64,000 nucleotides of DNA from Octopus sinensis (Eukaryota), in the NCBI RefSeq assembly GCF_006345805.1, contig NC_043003.1, forward strand, positions 11,904,001 through 11,968,000. Reading direction: 5' to 3'. The position numbers were made by a program, and so were the translations under genes. Below are positions 63,162-64,000 of this stretch, piece after piece. Position 1 is the first letter of the stretch. Each line of letters starts with the position of its first letter. The notes under the pieces were generated by a model. The model did no database searches, was not told where the DNA came from, and saw only the letters and a list, made by a program, of their open reading frames with translations.

Positions 63162-63266
63162 ATATGGAAACACAAGATCTCCAAGAAGCCGATTCTAAAG
63201 AAAATAACAACTTTGAAACAAATTCAGAACCACAAAATGGCATGCATACAACAAAGCGAGACTCAG
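63162..63266 (+). CDS. ETV6: ETV6/Yan-like exon 6, acidic linker (DMETQDLQEADSKENNNFETNSEPQNGMHTTKRDS); gene continues past the window
   Basis: ttacag acceptor, CAG|gtatgt donor; 105 nt, phase 1-1; same frame as the end of supplied ORF 62981..63274. Confidence 0.8.
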
Positions 63267-63308
63267 GTATGTAGTCTTAGACTAATTTGTTTAGGAACAT
63301 CTTAATAT

Positions 63309-63454
63309 TTAACCCTTTAGTGTTTAATCCAGTCATATCCTGCCCAAATATTCTACCTGTTTTATGTTAAAACTGACCACATCCAACCTCTCACACCTAC
63401 CCTACAATGTCATTCTAAAAATATACAAAAACACCATAATGCATGATTGGTTTT
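63309..63454. mobile_element. piggyBac-like MITE
   Basis: TTAA-CCCTTTAG...CTAAAAGG-TTAA termini. Confidence 0.6.
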
Positions 63455-63749
63455 AAAACCATATGAACAAATAAGCAAAATTTTTGACAAAGAAATCTGA
63501 ATGCTAAAAGGTTAAGAAAAATGTATGTATACCTACTTTTTCTCTTTCCATCATGTGTGTGGTGATGGTGGTGGGGTTTAGAATTCCAAACGAGAAAAAG
63601 AGGTACTTAATACATGTTGTGCAAATTATTTGCTTATATAAAATCAAACTTTGATGATTCAACTCAAATATCCTGAATTAATCCATGAAAATCTGAGTAG
63701 CTGGGGAATGAACTTTATCAGGTGACGAGCTGGCAGAAATGCTAGTTAA

Positions 63750-63986
63750 GGCGATGAGCTGGCAGAAACGTTAGCACACCGGGCGAAATGCTTAGCGGTA
63801 TTTCGTCTGCCGTTACATTCTGAGTTCAAATTCAAATTCCTCCGAGGTCGACTTTGCCTTTCATCCTTTCGGGGTTGATAAATTAAGTACCAGTTACGCA
63901 CTGGGGTCGATATAATCATCTTAATCCCTTTGTCTGTCCTTGTTTGTCCCCTTTACGTTTAGCCCCTTGTGGGCAATAAAGAAATA
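63750..63986 (+). mobile_element. SINE family A with TSD and a duplicated 5' head fragment
   Basis: TSD GGGAATGAACTTT at ~63704-63716 and 63988-64000; extra GGTGACGAGCTGGCAGAAATGCTAG at 63721-63745. Confidence 0.9.
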
Positions 63987-64000
63987 AGGGAATGAACTTT

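Overview
AT-rich, microsatellite-saturated eukaryotic DNA; the SINE families look like those of octopus/cephalopods (inference from recognition, not a database match). One protein-coding gene is present on the + strand: six phase-1-linked coding exons (53382-63266) give the N-terminal ~234 aa of an ETV6/TEL/Yan-type ETS transcription factor with a complete SAM-Pointed domain; the ETS domain must lie beyond the window end. The rest is transposon-derived: three or more tRNA-headed SINE families (called A, B, C here), (AAT)n-targeting R4/Dong-type LINE fragments, Tx1/L1-like and CR1 3' ends, a non-autonomous Helitron and several MITEs. Almost all ORFs in the supplied track are microsatellite or SINE read-through artefacts. 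The most notable unexplained signal is a dispersed set of type I hammerhead-ribozyme motifs in small direct- or inverted-repeat elements, mostly inside (TA)n tracts. One of these (60442-60801) joins a tRNA-like Pol III head to a hammerhead tail with an inverted terminal copy, a candidate Penelope-dependent, ribozyme-bearing SINE. Also seen: self-nesting SINE multimers whose tail matches a Tx1-like LINE, a SINE-born minisatellite, and a CpG-decay boundary near 44 kb that probably marks the methylated gene body. There is a 100-N assembly gap at 26308-26407. Repeat boundaries were read by eye and are approximate.
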